Program-made: the position numbers and the translations under genes | Shown here: positions 18,975-30,451 of the stretch, in pieces | How the letters are laid out: each line of letters begins with the position of its first letter | Numbering within the stretch: position 1 is the stretch's first letter | The notes under the pieces: model-generated | Told to the model about the DNA's origin: nothing | Database searches by the model: none | What the model saw: the letters and a program-made list of their open reading frames with translations, nothing else | NCBI GenBank assembly: GCA_963754925.1 | Contig: CAVWHX010000004.1 | Location: forward strand, 864,001 to 928,000 | Direction: 5' to 3' | Origin: an uncultured delta proteobacterium | GTDB lineage: Bacteria > Myxococcota > B64-G9 | Length of the DNA: 64,000 nt

Positions 18975-20429
18975 TTACTGCGTATCCTTAAGTTCGTTGA
19001 TGTTTTCTATAGCCAACGCGGCATCAGGCCCATCGGGCATGAGATCAAGATATTTCTGGTAGTAGTTAACCGCTTCACTATTATTTCCTTGACGTTTATG
19101 AGCTTCGGCTAATCCGATCAAGGCATCGCCGTACCGAGGGTGTGACCTCAGCGCTCGTTGAAACAGGGCCATGGCGGCTGGATAAGCGCCTATGTCCATG
19201 AGGCACTGGCCCTTGCCGGTGAGAGCCTCGACGTCCTCGGCTTTAAGAGCCAACGCGGCATCGTAGGCCGCGAGGGCCTCTTTGATTCGTTTGGACCGCT
19301 GGAGGCGATCAGCTAGACCCATCCAACCATCGTAGGTCGTCGGTTTGGCTGGCGCAATAGGTTTGACGGGCACACCGGGTTTTATTGGTCCGACCTGTTT
19401 AACCGACTCAATCGATTCGGCCGGCCGAGCAGTTGTTGCCGGCTCAATCGGTTTGGCGCTTTCTTCGGTCTTCTCGCCAATCGACGGCTCTGTGGCGGCG
19501 TCATTTTCAACGTCATTTTTCTTTTCATCAACAACTATCTCTTTTTGAGCTTGTGTCGCTGGGGAGGCTTCCTCCATTTCTATGCCGGCTGCACTACGTG
19601 CCAATTTTTGAAACTCAACCGGTGCCACTACATACGCGACCCCGATGCCTATCACTATCAGTGCCAACGGGACGATAAAAAACCATTTTCTCCGGCCGCG
19701 CCGCTTCCACTTCTCAACCACGTCTTCCTCAATCTCGGCAGCCTCGAGATCACCCCAACTGTCGGGTTCGCCACGATCGTTCTGGATGGTGGATAGTTTC
19801 GGCACTGGCGCCAGAGGCTGCACCAGCGGGTGCGAGATCGCCGCCGGGCCGGCTGGCACCACGAGCGGCGTCGATGGCGTTGCCGCAACCGGCGGCGGCG
19901 TGGACGCTCGGCCGCCCCCCACCGCCAAAAGCGGGTTGGACGGAAAGGAACGTGCGAAGATGGGAGCTCCCTGTGGGTGAGCGAGTATCGGCTGCGATGA
20001 CGATGGTGCCCCGGGCGGCGACGACGGCTGCGAGTAATACGTTGGTTGAAACTTCGTTTGATCAAACAGTTGGAAGAACGATGCCAGTTCGGCTATGTCA
20101 CCCAGTCGCTTCCAATTTTCACCGGTGCGCGAAATCTCGTCATCACGAAGAATGTTATTTTCGCTAATCCATTTCTGAAGAACGGCAAGGTCCTTGAAAA
20201 CCAGGATGGTTCCGTCGGGCTTGCGCACCATCCACAGACGGTCTCTGCCGGCAACATCAGTCCTTAACCTCGTGTCCTGTGGTGCCGGCGGTTGAACAAC
20301 ACCTGCTGACTTCTTGCGGATGCGAAACAAGTACCCACAAGAATTACACTTGACGCTGACGCCATCCTCGGTGACCCGGCTATCGTCGATTTCGTACTCG
20401 GTGCCGCACCGATCACATTTGACATCCAT
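18975..20429 (-). CDS. MJ0042-type zinc ribbon + GYF_2-like + TM + TPR protein (myxobacterial type)
   Basis: MDVKCDRCGTEYEIDD..VKCNSCGYLF; EISRTGENWKRLGDI; Pro-rich linker; TM; C-terminal TPRs. Confidence 0.85.
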   Translation of the reverse strand: MDVKCDRCGTEYEIDDSRVTEDGVSVKCNSCGYLFRIRKKSAGVVQPPAPQDTRLRTDVAGRDRLWMVRKPDGTILVFKDLAVLQKWISENNILRDDEISRTGENWKRLGDIAELASFFQLFDQTKFQPTYYSQPSSPPGAPSSSQPILAHPQGAPIFARSFPSNPLLAVGGGRASTPPPVAATPSTPLVVPAGPAAISHPLVQPLAPVPKLSTIQNDRGEPDSWGDLEAAEIEEDVVEKWKRRGRRKWFFIVPLALIVIGIGVAYVVAPVEFQKLARSAAGIEMEEASPATQAQKEIVVDEKKNDVENDAATEPSIGEKTEESAKPIEPATTARPAESIESVKQVGPIKPGVPVKPIAPAKPTTYDGWMGLADRLQRSKRIKEALAAYDAALALKAEDVEALTGKGQCLMDIGAYPAAMALFQRALRSHPRYGDALIGLAEAHKRQGNNSEAVNYYQKYLDLMPDGPDAALAIENINELKDTQ

Positions 20430-20444
20430 CGGCCTACCTCTCGG

Positions 20445-21282
20445 CTAATTCGACTTGGCCATGTTCAGGGTGTTACGCGCGCGCTCCCAATCACCAAGCC
20501 CCTCGAATGCCTTGGCTAACCCCTCAAGGGCCTCACGTGAATCCGAGTGAACCGACAAAGCCCGATTATATTCAAGCACCGCCTTGGAAAAGTTTTTCGC
20601 CTCTAAGGCCTGAGCGCCTTCACTAATTGCCTTGCTATAAACCATCTCGGGATCCGGTTTCTCAAGTTCGAGCCCACCCCCGGGCTCCATTTCCGCTGCT
20701 CGCTGAGGCGGTTCTATCCCAATCTCCTTGAGCGGCAAATACGGAGTCAGATCCCAAATTCCATAGCGAGTCAAGGTGATCACCACCAAAACCACCAACA
20801 ACAGATAGGTCGCCACCAGTGCGCCCAACATTAAAAACCTGCTCTTTAAGCCGTTTCGATGTTTGATCGGCAGGATGGTCCAACGGCTGAACGGATTCTG
20901 ATAAGGAAGCTTGGTCATTGTCGGCATGGAGGACGTTCGAGGCAGGACTAACGGGCGGTGGTGCAATGCCGCTTTGGGCTCTAATAGCGGATATCCCCCG
21001 CGCTCGACTGCCAACATGTTCACTATGGGTCGGGGGGGGCAGTACGGCTGGTGGAACGATTGCTTCGCGGTGGTGAGGAGCCACTTCCGGTGGCGACTGC
21101 AGTTGGCTTGCAGGGGTCTCTGCCGGCGCCGGAGGGGTTGGTTTCGGCGTTTCCTTGGCTGACAACCGCATAACCACAAAAAAGGTCCCACATTTGAGGC
21201 ACTTGATCTGCGCTCCACTCTTTGGAATCTTCTCATCCTCCACTCGGTAGGATGCACTACAATTAGGACAGGTCGTCTTCAT
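20445..21282 (-). pseudogene. Second MJ0042 zinc ribbon-TM-TPR protein, split by an apparent +1 frameshift (possible assembly error)
   Basis: MKTTCPNCSASYRV..KCLKCG lies in one frame; TM and TPR lie in the +1 frame ending at 20445. Confidence 0.75.
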
Positions 21283-21421
21283 GAACGTGGCTTTGAGAAT
21301 ACCTTTCTATACATACGCTTGTAAGAATATAACGCAAAAAGGTAGCATGTCCAAAGATGTGAATCAAGATGTGTACGACTCAATGAAAATACCTCAAAAC
21401 TAATAGAATAATCACCACTAG

Positions 21422-23618
21422 TTATGTTAGCTTGACATAGCTGGCTAAAACAGTCTTTGTGCCTTCCGAGTTGAAGTCAACCACAAGCTTGAAATCATTT
21501 TCTTTATAACGCACTGCGTCACGAACTTTTCCCCTGCCAAAGGTGGCATGGACCACCTGTTGACCGATCCAACGGCGTTGGTCGTCCTTTCGGGTGTTTG
21601 GTGCCTGGTTGAATTCATCGCTGGAATCAAGATATCTCTCCGCTGGTTCAACCTGCCGCGGCCGAATGGTCTCTGTTCGCGTACTTACGCTCCGGTGGGC
21701 AAGAAGTTGGCTCGGTATATCATCGAGAAAACGCGAAGGCTGGTTATGTTCGCTGCGCCCAAAAATCATCCGGCTGCTCGCCAAAGAAAGATGTAACCGT
21801 TCACGGGCCCGGGTCATTCCTACGTAGCAGAGCCGACGTTCCTCTTCCAACCAATCAGGGTCAAGCTCGCCATTCTCTGAATATATCGATCGCCTGTGGG
21901 GCAGCAAACCGTCCTCGAGACCAACTATAAAGACCTCTTCAAACTCCAACCCCTTGGCCGAATGTAAGGTCATTAAGGTGATTGCTTCAGCTCCACTCTC
22001 GGCCGCATCGATGTCGGTAATCAGCGCAATGTGCTCGAGGAACCCCGACAAGGATGAATCCCCGCGGGTGCGGGCAAATTCTATGGCCGCCGAAGCCAGC
22101 TCGCGCAGGTTCTCGAGCCTACCCCCGGCTTCATCGGTACCTTCCCGCTCGAGAGCCGCGGCGTACCCGCTCTGCGTAATCACCATATCAATCGCCAAGA
22201 CAGCGCTCATGCTGCCTTCGAGCGCCTGAAAAGAAGCTCGCATTCCATCGAGCAGTTCCCTAAACTTAGAAAGTTTTTCGCGTTCAGGTTTACGTAGATC
22301 GCCTAATAGCGTTGGATCGATGGCATCATAGAGCGTGCATCCTTTCGCGGCTGCGCTTTCCTGCAAACGGCCACGGGTGGTGTCGCCGATTCCACGCGGC
22401 GGAACGTTGAGCACCCGCAGAAGATCAACATCGCTGTTTTTGTTTTGCAGCAGTCGCAGGTACGCTATCAAATCACGGATCTCCATACGATCGAAGAAGC
22501 GTACCCCGCCAACAACAACATACGGAATCCCATAGATCTGCAACGATTCCTCAATAGCGCGACTCTGTGCGTTAACTCTATAGAAAACAGCCAGTTGATT
22601 CATTCCTTGACCAGCTTTGGTTGAGGCAAGAATCTGTTTTGCCACCCAATCACCTTCCGCGCGCTCATCATCGAGCTCGGCGCAATCGATACGAGCGCCC
22701 CTTTCACGCTCGGTCCAGAGCCTTTTTTCGTGCCGATGCGGGTTGCGGGCGATGACGGCGTGAGCGGCTTCGAGGATGTTTGCGCTCGAGCGGTAATTGC
22801 GTTCGAGCTTGACCACGCTGGCCGTGGGAAAATCTCTCTCAAACCGGAGGATGTGGTTTACATCCGCTCCACGCCATTGATAAATGGACTGGTCGTCGTC
22901 CCCCACCACGCAGAGATTGGCGTCATCGGGGCACAGCAACCGTAGCAATTGGTATTGCACCGGGTCGGTGTCCTGGTACTCATCAACCAGCACCTGCTGA
23001 AAGCGCTCGCGGTATTGGTTCAACACCTCCGGGTTGGTGGACAACAGCCGCTGGGTCTGGAAGATAAGATCTGCAAAATCACAGGCGTCGGCCTGCTTGA
23101 GACGCTTTTGATAGAGCGCGTAAAAGGCCGCCGCCGGACCGGGATCAATTCCGCCCTCGCCTGGAGCCTTGAGCCTGCGCTTGGCCAGTTCAACCCGTGC
23201 GAGCATGCGCTCGACCGGAAAGAGCTCGGGATCGAGGCGCAGCTCCCGCAGGCACTCGCGGCCAAGACGCCGCGAATCGTTTTCGTCGTAGATCACAAAA
23301 TCGCGATCGTACCCAAGCAGCTCGGCGTGCCGACGCAGGAGTCGGGCGCCAAAGGCGTGAAACGTCAAGACCCACAGGCCGGCCGTGCCGCCGACGAGTC
23401 GATCAAGCCGGTCTCGCATTTCGCCGGCAGCTTTGTTGGTAAAAGTAACCGCTAAAATTTGTTGGGGGCGCAAACCGCGCGACTGGATCAGATGGGCGAT
23501 GCGGTAGGTAATCACCCGGGTCTTGCCACTGCCCGCGCCGGCCAAAATCAACAGTGGGCCATCGCCATGCACAACGGCGGCTCGTTGCTCGGGATTAAGG
23601 TTCTCCTTCGAGATCCAT
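21422..23618 (-). CDS. uvrD: UvrD/PcrA superfamily 1 DNA helicase; probable true start 23618 is out of frame by one base
   Basis: LAGAGSGKT, VDEYQD, VGDDDQSIY, NYRS, HSAKGLEF, EERRLCYVGMTRA; open from GTG 23572 as given. Confidence 0.93.
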
Positions 23619-23698
23619 GGGCGGCGACCCTATCTTACTACGTCGATAGAATCAACCCTCCTCGGAGACAAGGAATGCTCCCTGAGTTCGTCTTTTGA

Positions 23699-25888
23699 TT
23701 ACTTGCGCATCAGATATTGAACATACGCGGTAAGATCCGGCGTATCGCGGTCCGGGATAGCCGAGCTGTTTGCGCCGCACGCTGCTAAGTAGCAGAGGTT
23801 GGTATAATCGACCACCATGCGGTCGGCGTTGTACTTCCAGGCCAGGCTGACCAAGGCGTGCTTCATGCGAGCGATCCATTCGCGCGGCAATCCCATAGCG
23901 TCACGCTTGTAAAAGAGCGGGATCACCTGATCATCAAGCACCGCGCGGAGCTGGATCGCTTCGATCCGATCTTGTTCGTCGGTGTTTACATGGATGCGAC
24001 CGGAACCGATGGCGAAACCGTTCTGAGAGTTGTAGGCTTCTGCCCACCATCCATCCAGGGTCGAGCAGTTGAGACCACCGTTGAGCACCACCTTCTGACC
24101 GCTGGTGCCGCACGCCTCAAGCGGACGGCGCGGATTATTCAGCCACAGGTCAACGCCTTGCACCAAATGCCGCCCGACATTGATATCGTAGTCTTCGACC
24201 AACACGATATGGCCCTCGAAGCGGGGGTCGCGGCTGAGCCGGAATATACGCTGGATGAGCTCCTTGCCTTTTTCATCGCGCGGATGCGCCTTGCCGGCGA
24301 AGATTACCTGCACCGGGCCACCCTTATTGCACAAGAGCCGCTCAAGCCAGGTTTCATCCTGCAGCAGCAACCAGGCACGCTTGTACAGCGCAAAGCGCCG
24401 GGCAAATCCGATGGTCAGGGCATCGGGGTTGAGCATCGCAGAGTACTTTTCAATTTGCTTTGCAGACTCGCCACGCTGCTGGCCTTGAGTCACCAAACGT
24501 CGGCGGACGAATTCCACCAGACGATCCTTGAGGAAACGATGGATCTCCCACAGCTCCTCGTCGTTGCTGTGGAGAATCTCGTGCCACACCTCGCGGCGGC
24601 GGATCCGCTCGATCCAATTGCGCCCCAGATTTCGCTCGAACAGTCGCGCCATCTGCGGAGCCAGCCACGAACTTACGTGCACCCCATTGGTTATATGCCC
24701 GATCGGCACCTCGTGCTCTTTTCGTCCGGGCCAGAGATTCCTCCACATACGCCGAGTCACCCCGCCGTGGATCTGCGACACCCCATTGGCGCGTTGGGCG
24801 GTCTTGAGCGCTAATATCGTCATGCAAAAATGTTCGTGGTTATCCCCCGGCTGCATGCGACCAAGACCCAACAAGGTGGCGGCGCTGATCTTGAGTTCGT
24901 CCTGGAGGGGGCCAAGGTAGTCCTGGACGAGTTGGGGAGGAAAACGGTCATGACCGGCGTCAACCGGCGTGTGCGTCGTGAATACCGTTCGGGCAGAAAC
25001 CTCAGCCAGCGCTTCTTCAAAGCTGAATCCCTGCTCCTTCATGCTTTGGCGGGCGGCCTCGAGGGTGGCGAACGCGCAGTGGCCTTCATTCAAATGAAGC
25101 ACCCCCGGATCGATCTTGAGGGCATGCAGCGCCCGCATGCCGCCCACGCCCAGCAGCACCTCTTGTTGAATGCGTACGCGTTGATCGCCGCCGTAGAGCC
25201 GGTCCAGCTCTCCATAAAGTCGCGGATCGGGATTGGTAACGATGGGGTCTAACAGCACCAACAACGAACGACCGACTTGCAGGGTCAGAACATTGGCGGA
25301 AAGCTGACCGACCCGGGTGTCGATCCGAATGACGATCGCCTGGCCGTGTTCATCGTTGGCGACTTTAAGAGGTAGCTGCTCGGGATCGATGCGGCTATAC
25401 GTCTCCTGTTGCCAGCCGTTGCTATCAATGGTTTGGCGAAAGTAACCCTGATCATAAAATAATCCAACCCCCACCAACGGCACCCCGAGGTCGGAAGCGC
25501 TCTTGAGGTGATCGCCGGCCAACACACCCAAGCCACCGGAATAGATCGGGATGCTCTCGTGCAAACCGAACTCGGCTGAGAAATAACCCACCGGCCGACT
25601 CATCAGCGCGCCCGCGTGCGCAAACCCCCAGCCGCGCTCGGCCGACATGTATTCCTGCAATCGATGAACGGCGTAGATGACGCGTGCTTCGATCGCTAAC
25701 TGTTGGCCGCGCTCGTTCACGCGCGTACGGCCGAGCTTTTTGAGCAACGCCACCGCGCTATGATTGCACTCGCGCCACAGCTCAGCATCCAAGTCGCGAA
25801 AGATTTCAATGACCTCCGGCTGCCACGACCACCAGAGGTTGTAAGATAATTCTAGCAACTGATCATAGAGCTGTTCGGTATCGGTCAT
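23699..25888 (-). CDS. glgP: Alpha-glucan (glycogen) phosphorylase
   Basis: NLWWSW, YSGGLGVLAGD, HLNEGH, GFARRFALYKR, EACGTSGQK. Confidence 0.95.
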   Translation of the reverse strand: MTDTEQLYDQLLELSYNLWWSWQPEVIEIFRDLDAELWRECNHSAVALLKKLGRTRVNERGQQLAIEARVIYAVHRLQEYMSAERGWGFAHAGALMSRPVGYFSAEFGLHESIPIYSGGLGVLAGDHLKSASDLGVPLVGVGLFYDQGYFRQTIDSNGWQQETYSRIDPEQLPLKVANDEHGQAIVIRIDTRVGQLSANVLTLQVGRSLLVLLDPIVTNPDPRLYGELDRLYGGDQRVRIQQEVLLGVGGMRALHALKIDPGVLHLNEGHCAFATLEAARQSMKEQGFSFEEALAEVSARTVFTTHTPVDAGHDRFPPQLVQDYLGPLQDELKISAATLLGLGRMQPGDNHEHFCMTILALKTAQRANGVSQIHGGVTRRMWRNLWPGRKEHEVPIGHITNGVHVSSWLAPQMARLFERNLGRNWIERIRRREVWHEILHSNDEELWEIHRFLKDRLVEFVRRRLVTQGQQRGESAKQIEKYSAMLNPDALTIGFARRFALYKRAWLLLQDETWLERLLCNKGGPVQVIFAGKAHPRDEKGKELIQRIFRLSRDPRFEGHIVLVEDYDINVGRHLVQGVDLWLNNPRRPLEACGTSGQKVVLNGGLNCSTLDGWWAEAYNSQNGFAIGSGRIHVNTDEQDRIEAIQLRAVLDDQVIPLFYKRDAMGLPREWIARMKHALVSLAWKYNADRMVVDYTNLCYLAACGANSSAIPDRDTPDLTAYVQYLMRK

Positions 25889-26140
25889 GAACGTTTTCTC
25901 CCTGTAGCACATTCTCTATTGAGTTAACCAACCAGTCAAGCAACTGTGTGTCTTGACCTGTAATCCCCATGCACCAGCGCTGCGAGAAATCTAAGCTACT
26001 AGCGCACTCCGTTGCGGTATTATTAGTTGACAGGAGAACTCCCCGGCGGCATTGGTAGTGCAGATCATTTTTATTTTTTTACTGTCGAAGCCGCGTTATG
26101 GTACCCATGGAAACGTTGCACCAACCAAGCGAGGCTTTTC

Positions 26141-27289
26141 ATGGTTGCACCAGTTGACGAACAGGCCAGCGATGAGGAAGGTGCATTGTTTTCACAGGTG
26201 GCGGATCTGCTCCGCACGAATCGCACCAGTGCTCGCGCGGAGCTGCGCGAGCGACTCATACACGCGCGTTCCGATCTCGAACACTTTTTCGCCCAGCATC
26301 CCTACTCGGTAACGTGCCTGCGTCTGCTGGCCGAGTGCGCCCAACAACTTGACGATCTGCCCCAGGCCCAACAGTATATCGAGCGCGCCGAGTTGCTTGA
26401 CCCCTGGAATATCGAGATCCTGATCATTACCGAGTCGCTGCACGAGGCCGAGGCTGATACCCTCCGGCGCGCGAATCCACGCACGACTCCTCTCCTGGCA
26501 AAGATTTACAGCGGCGTCGCCAACGCCGACCAGTTGATCGAACTGGCGCTGGGTGCGTTCCAGCTGGGTCAATTGGAGCGGGCGTACTCGCTCGCCAAAC
26601 TGGCATATCTTATTAACCCGCAGAATTCGCACCACTTGCTCGATGTCTGGTCGGTAGGAGCAATCTTTGATCCGGCGCGCACCTACGCCGAGCTGCGTCT
26701 CCTCGATCGGCAAAGCGAACCGAATGCCTATCTGTTCCTGGTGCTCGGTTCGGTTTGCCATGTGCTCCGTCAGTATGACGAAGCGCTTGAGTGGATTGAA
26801 AAAGGCATGCTGCTGTCGCCAGACAACCCCTACGTAGCTGCCATGTTGAACAACGAAATGGCCTATGTCTTTGTCCGGAAGGGGCAGCATCTCGATCGGG
26901 CCATCAGTTTGGCGCGCACAGCGTTAGAACAATTTCCCGACGAAAAGGCCAATGGTTTTATCCGTGACACCCTCGGCGTGGCCTATCTCAAAAAAGGTCA
27001 ACTCGACAAAGCCCTACAAAACCTCCGCGAGGCTGTCAGGAAAGATCCCTGCGTGGTCCCTCGTTTTCACCTTACCGTTGCCCTCTTGGAGAGTCACGAT
27101 GCCGCAGCCGCGCTCCAGGAATTGAAAGTTCTCTTTGCCGCGCGTTCCTCGCTGGATACACCCCACGCAGAAGAATGCGCGATATTAGAACGCGTGCAGT
27201 CCAATGCAAATCAAATTGAAGCGCGCCTCACCTCAGGAGGAACAGAAAACATTCGGCCGGTTCTTCAATTGTTGCGAGAACTAGTATAG
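26141..27289 (+). CDS. Tetratricopeptide repeat protein
   Basis: Helical repeats, NEMAYVF..DRAISLA, DTLGVAYLKKG. Confidence 0.8.
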   Translation: MVAPVDEQASDEEGALFSQVADLLRTNRTSARAELRERLIHARSDLEHFFAQHPYSVTCLRLLAECAQQLDDLPQAQQYIERAELLDPWNIEILIITESLHEAEADTLRRANPRTTPLLAKIYSGVANADQLIELALGAFQLGQLERAYSLAKLAYLINPQNSHHLLDVWSVGAIFDPARTYAELRLLDRQSEPNAYLFLVLGSVCHVLRQYDEALEWIEKGMLLSPDNPYVAAMLNNEMAYVFVRKGQHLDRAISLARTALEQFPDEKANGFIRDTLGVAYLKKGQLDKALQNLREAVRKDPCVVPRFHLTVALLESHDAAAALQELKVLFAARSSLDTPHAEECAILERVQSNANQIEARLTSGGTENIRPVLQLLRELV

Positions 27290-27323
27290 GTTTCTTACGG
27301 CGCAGGAATGAAAAGGAGACCCC

Positions 27324-27575
27324 ATGGCGAAAAAGATAACCAAACCGAAAAAAAAGGCCCGTGAGGATCCAAACGCTGCACCGACAACAACCAGCCAGCC
27401 AACGGTTCAACTGGCTACCCTGGATGAGATTGCAAAGAAGCTCAAGCTAACGGCCTTGCAGGTGCGCCAACTGGCTCAGAGTGGACATATCCCGGCGGTA
27501 AAGGTTGAGGGTGAGTGGCGCTTTAATGCGGATCTCGTACTCGAGGCCATTCACCGCCGGTCGCGCAGAATGTGA
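27324..27575 (+). CDS. Small helix-turn-helix (excisionase-like, HTH_17) protein
   Basis: TLDEIAKKL..VRQLAQSGHIPAVKVEGEWRF; AAGGAG RBS. Confidence 0.85.
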   Translation: MAKKITKPKKKAREDPNAAPTTTSQPTVQLATLDEIAKKLKLTALQVRQLAQSGHIPAVKVEGEWRFNADLVLEAIHRRSRRM

Positions 27576-27660
27576 GCACGACCCCGTATGGCTTGAAGCC
27601 AGCGGCCCGTCTGGTTAGCAGTAAACGTTCAGGTGCAGGTTTGGGGATAGGTATGTGTCG

Positions 27661-27698
27661 CCCTCTCCCGAAGGAGGAGCGGGAAGGTTGGGTGAAGG
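27661..27698. repeat. Degenerate REP-like palindrome between convergent genes
   Basis: CCCTCTCCCGAAGGAGGAGCGGGAAGGTTGGGTGAAGG; single copy in the window. Confidence 0.35.
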
Positions 27699-27708
27699 TT
27701 GCTATGGA

Positions 27709-27939
27709 TCATCTGTTTCGGTAAACAATTCGACCGCGGTTCGAGCCGTACGGCGAGAACGCAACGCGCACCTTATCACCGAGAACTATGCGGATGTAGT
27801 GTTTACGCATCTTGCCACAGACATAGGCCAATACCGTACTGCCTCCTTTGCCTCCTTCGAGCTCCACACGATACATGCCGCCCGGCAGGACTTCCTTGAC
27901 GGTTCCTTCGACCTCGAATCCTTCGGTGTTCTCTTCCAT
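27709..27939 (-). CDS. infA: Translation initiation factor IF-1
   Basis: [42 protein letters not shown]. Confidence 0.95.
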   Translation of the reverse strand: MEENTEGFEVEGTVKEVLPGGMYRVELEGGKGGSTVLAYVCGKMRKHYIRIVLGDKVRVAFSPYGSNRGRIVYRNR

Positions 27940-28028
27940 GTTCCTCCGGCGCCACTAAAACAGTGTCCGTGGCCCCCAAACACGCGCCGGGAGCCATACT
28001 ACACAGAGATCCTTTGATGTCAAGCTTG

Positions 28029-28219
28029 TTAGAGGCTGTTAGCGAACGAAGTGAGCGTTACAGCCTCTTATCCCCGCAGGGGATTAGAGATCGTTAGCGA
28101 ACGAAGTGAGCGTTATTAGAGATTGTTACGAGCGAAGCGAGTTACAATCTCTTATCCTGTGGACAGCCTCTTATCCCCGCAGGGGATTAGAGACTCGGGC
28201 TCTTATCCCCAAAGGGGTT
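28029..28219. repeat. Family B palindromic repeat array (about 4 full or partial units)
   Basis: Alternating TAGAG..CGAACGAAGTGAG..CTCTTA stems and TCCCCGCAGGGGA hairpins. Confidence 0.9.
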
Positions 28220-28273
28220 TGATGCGGAAATGCGTACAAGCTTGAACCTATCACGAGATCGCGCTATGTTAGT

Positions 28274-29449
28274 TTGGAGTTTATGATTCGGTATCAGGAG
28301 ACTCAATCCGTGCGTCGATGGATAATCGGCTGTGTTTCCCTGTGCGTAGCATTCGGCGAGGGTTGTTGGAAAATGCCGCCGCCGGGACCAACCGACGACT
28401 TGCCACTTGCAGCTGCGTTGCTGATTGATTCAACGCGGGTGCCCGACCCTCAGAGCGTCGATTCCTCCGACAAACGTCTGCATGAGCTTGACCTCAGTCA
28501 GATCCTGATTTCGTACCAGGGAAGCGACAACCCACACCGATGGCCATGGACTCGCGCGCAGGCCCGCGTCCGGGCCGAGGCGCTGACGAGGATTGCTCGC
28601 GCCAAAGGCATGGACTTTGCCATGCTGGCCAAGACGTATTCAGACGATTCTGGATCGCGCGATCAGGGCGGCGAGTTGGCGGTGTTTATACGGGGCGAGC
28701 TCCATCCCGATGTGGAGCGCGCGGGCTTTGCGCTGGGGCTTGGCCAAATCTCGGACCCCGTCGAAACAAACAGAGGATTTCATATCCTGCTGCGCCACGC
28801 AGCAACCCAGGCCCAAGCGTTTGACTTGTTGATCTCTTACGACGGCGCCCAATATTCCAGTCCGCGCCAGAATCGCACCCGAGAGGGCGCAAAGAAACTC
28901 GCCCAGGAGATTCTCGGCAGACTCGAGGCGGGAGCGAATTTCGTTCACGAGTGCCTCCGCTATGCGGACTATCCCGATGATGGTCGTGCCGGGCTCAAAC
29001 CGATTTTTAGGAAGGGCACCCAAAATCCACAGTTCGAACGCCACGTCTGGGAGCTGCCGCTTAACGGCGTTTCAACTATCATTGAGACGCCAACGGGATT
29101 CCATATCATCAAGCGCTTCCCGGTTGAGCGCATCCAGGTTCGCCAAATCGCCATCCTCTTTCAAAACAATACGTCTGACCAACTGCACACAGCGCATAGC
29201 CGCGAGCAGGCCGCTGACGTTATTCGGGAGCTCTACAAAAAAGCTATGGCGCCAAACGCCGACTTCGCAGCGATCGCGGCCGAGTATTCGGAATTGGCAG
29301 AGAAGTCTCACGGTGGATTGCTCGAACCGGCTGGACGCGGCCAACATGATCCGGCATTCGATGACGTGGCTTTCAACCTCGCCGTTGGGGAGATATCCAG
29401 GCCGGTGGAGATTGGAAGCACCTTCTCAATAATAAAGCGAATACACTAG
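28274..29449 (+). CDS. Parvulin-type peptidyl-prolyl isomerase with three PpiC domains
   Basis: Three repeats of (Q)ILISY..F..A..YS..GG.L..G.IS.PVET..GFHI; start uncertain. Confidence 0.88.
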   Translation: MEFMIRYQETQSVRRWIIGCVSLCVAFGEGCWKMPPPGPTDDLPLAAALLIDSTRVPDPQSVDSSDKRLHELDLSQILISYQGSDNPHRWPWTRAQARVRAEALTRIARAKGMDFAMLAKTYSDDSGSRDQGGELAVFIRGELHPDVERAGFALGLGQISDPVETNRGFHILLRHAATQAQAFDLLISYDGAQYSSPRQNRTREGAKKLAQEILGRLEAGANFVHECLRYADYPDDGRAGLKPIFRKGTQNPQFERHVWELPLNGVSTIIETPTGFHIIKRFPVERIQVRQIAILFQNNTSDQLHTAHSREQAADVIRELYKKAMAPNADFAAIAAEYSELAEKSHGGLLEPAGRGQHDPAFDDVAFNLAVGEISRPVEIGSTFSIIKRIH

Positions 29450-29463
29450 CCGAGGTAACCAGC

Positions 29464-30255
29464 GTGTCGTCAAGCGTATCCAAAGAGTTACAGGAAGCCG
29501 CACAGCGCTGCTCCGATTTTATTCAAGACGCGCGCCGGGTGGTCCTTTTGAGCGGCGCCGGCATGTCTACCGCGGCCGGTATCGCCGACTTCCGTGGGCC
29601 CCAGGGTTTCTATCGCACGGTTCAAATCGAAAATCCTGAGCGGATCTTCGACATTGAAACCTTTCGCGATGACCCAAGCCTGTTTTATCGTTTCCACCGA
29701 GAGCTCATCCAAGTGCTCGAACGGGTTAAGCCAACCTTTGCGCACCGATTTTTTGCGGCATTGGAACAGACCGGCACCATGCCGGGAATCATCACTCAAA
29801 ACATTGATTCCCTCCACCAAAAAGCGGGCTCGAAGAACGTGCTCGAGATTCACGGTGGAGTCTGGCAGAGCCACTGCTTCAAATGCGGGAAAGAGTACCC
29901 GTACGATGTTGCTCGCGATAAGACTTTGGCCGAGACGGTGCCAACCTGTGATTTGTGCAGCGGGCCGATTAAACCGAATGTGGTCTTCTTTGGCGAGGCG
30001 GTGAAATACCTTTTGGAGAGTCAGCTACTCGCCAGAAGCGCTGACCTGTTCTTTATCCTCGGCTCGTCGCTAACCGTTACACCGGCCGCCTTACTCCCGG
30101 CACTCGCTCCGGGGAGAATTGTGGTGGTCAACCAGGGCCCGCTCTCGTACGCCTACCTCCCCGAAGATCGTATCGATCTCCTCGTTCCGGCCGACATCAA
30201 CACGTTCTTTGAGGAAGTAAATAAAATTCTACATCTGCCCGTTAGAGGCTGTTAG
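29464..30255 (+). CDS. cobB: NAD-dependent protein deacylase (sirtuin)
   Basis: GAGMSTAAGIADFRG, TQNIDSLHQKAG, HG, CxxC..CxxC, KPNVVFFGE. Confidence 0.92.
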   Translation: MSSSVSKELQEAAQRCSDFIQDARRVVLLSGAGMSTAAGIADFRGPQGFYRTVQIENPERIFDIETFRDDPSLFYRFHRELIQVLERVKPTFAHRFFAALEQTGTMPGIITQNIDSLHQKAGSKNVLEIHGGVWQSHCFKCGKEYPYDVARDKTLAETVPTCDLCSGPIKPNVVFFGEAVKYLLESQLLARSADLFFILGSSLTVTPAALLPALAPGRIVVVNQGPLSYAYLPEDRIDLLVPADINTFFEEVNKILHLPVRGC

Positions 30256-30405
30256 CGAACGAAGTGAGCTTACAGCCTCTTATCCCCGCAGGGGATTAGA
30301 AGATATTGTAAGCGAGTTGAATATAAATACTCTTACCCCTAAAGGGGTAAGAAATTCTAAGCCTCGCGTTGCTCGGCAAGAATTTCTTATCCCGCAAGGG
30401 GGATT
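30242..30405. repeat. Family B palindromic repeat array (3 units, the last inverted)
   Basis: First unit is nearly identical to 28029-28084; the third unit's loop is the reverse complement of the loop type at 249-271. Confidence 0.88.
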
Positions 30406-30451
30406 AAAGATCATTCTAATTAGTAAATGAAGATAACAATGCCAGAGGAGC

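Noticed and set aside
27324..27575. Prophage or ICE signalled by the excisionase-like HTH
   Set aside because: No integrase, att-like repeat, tRNA or phage genes nearby.
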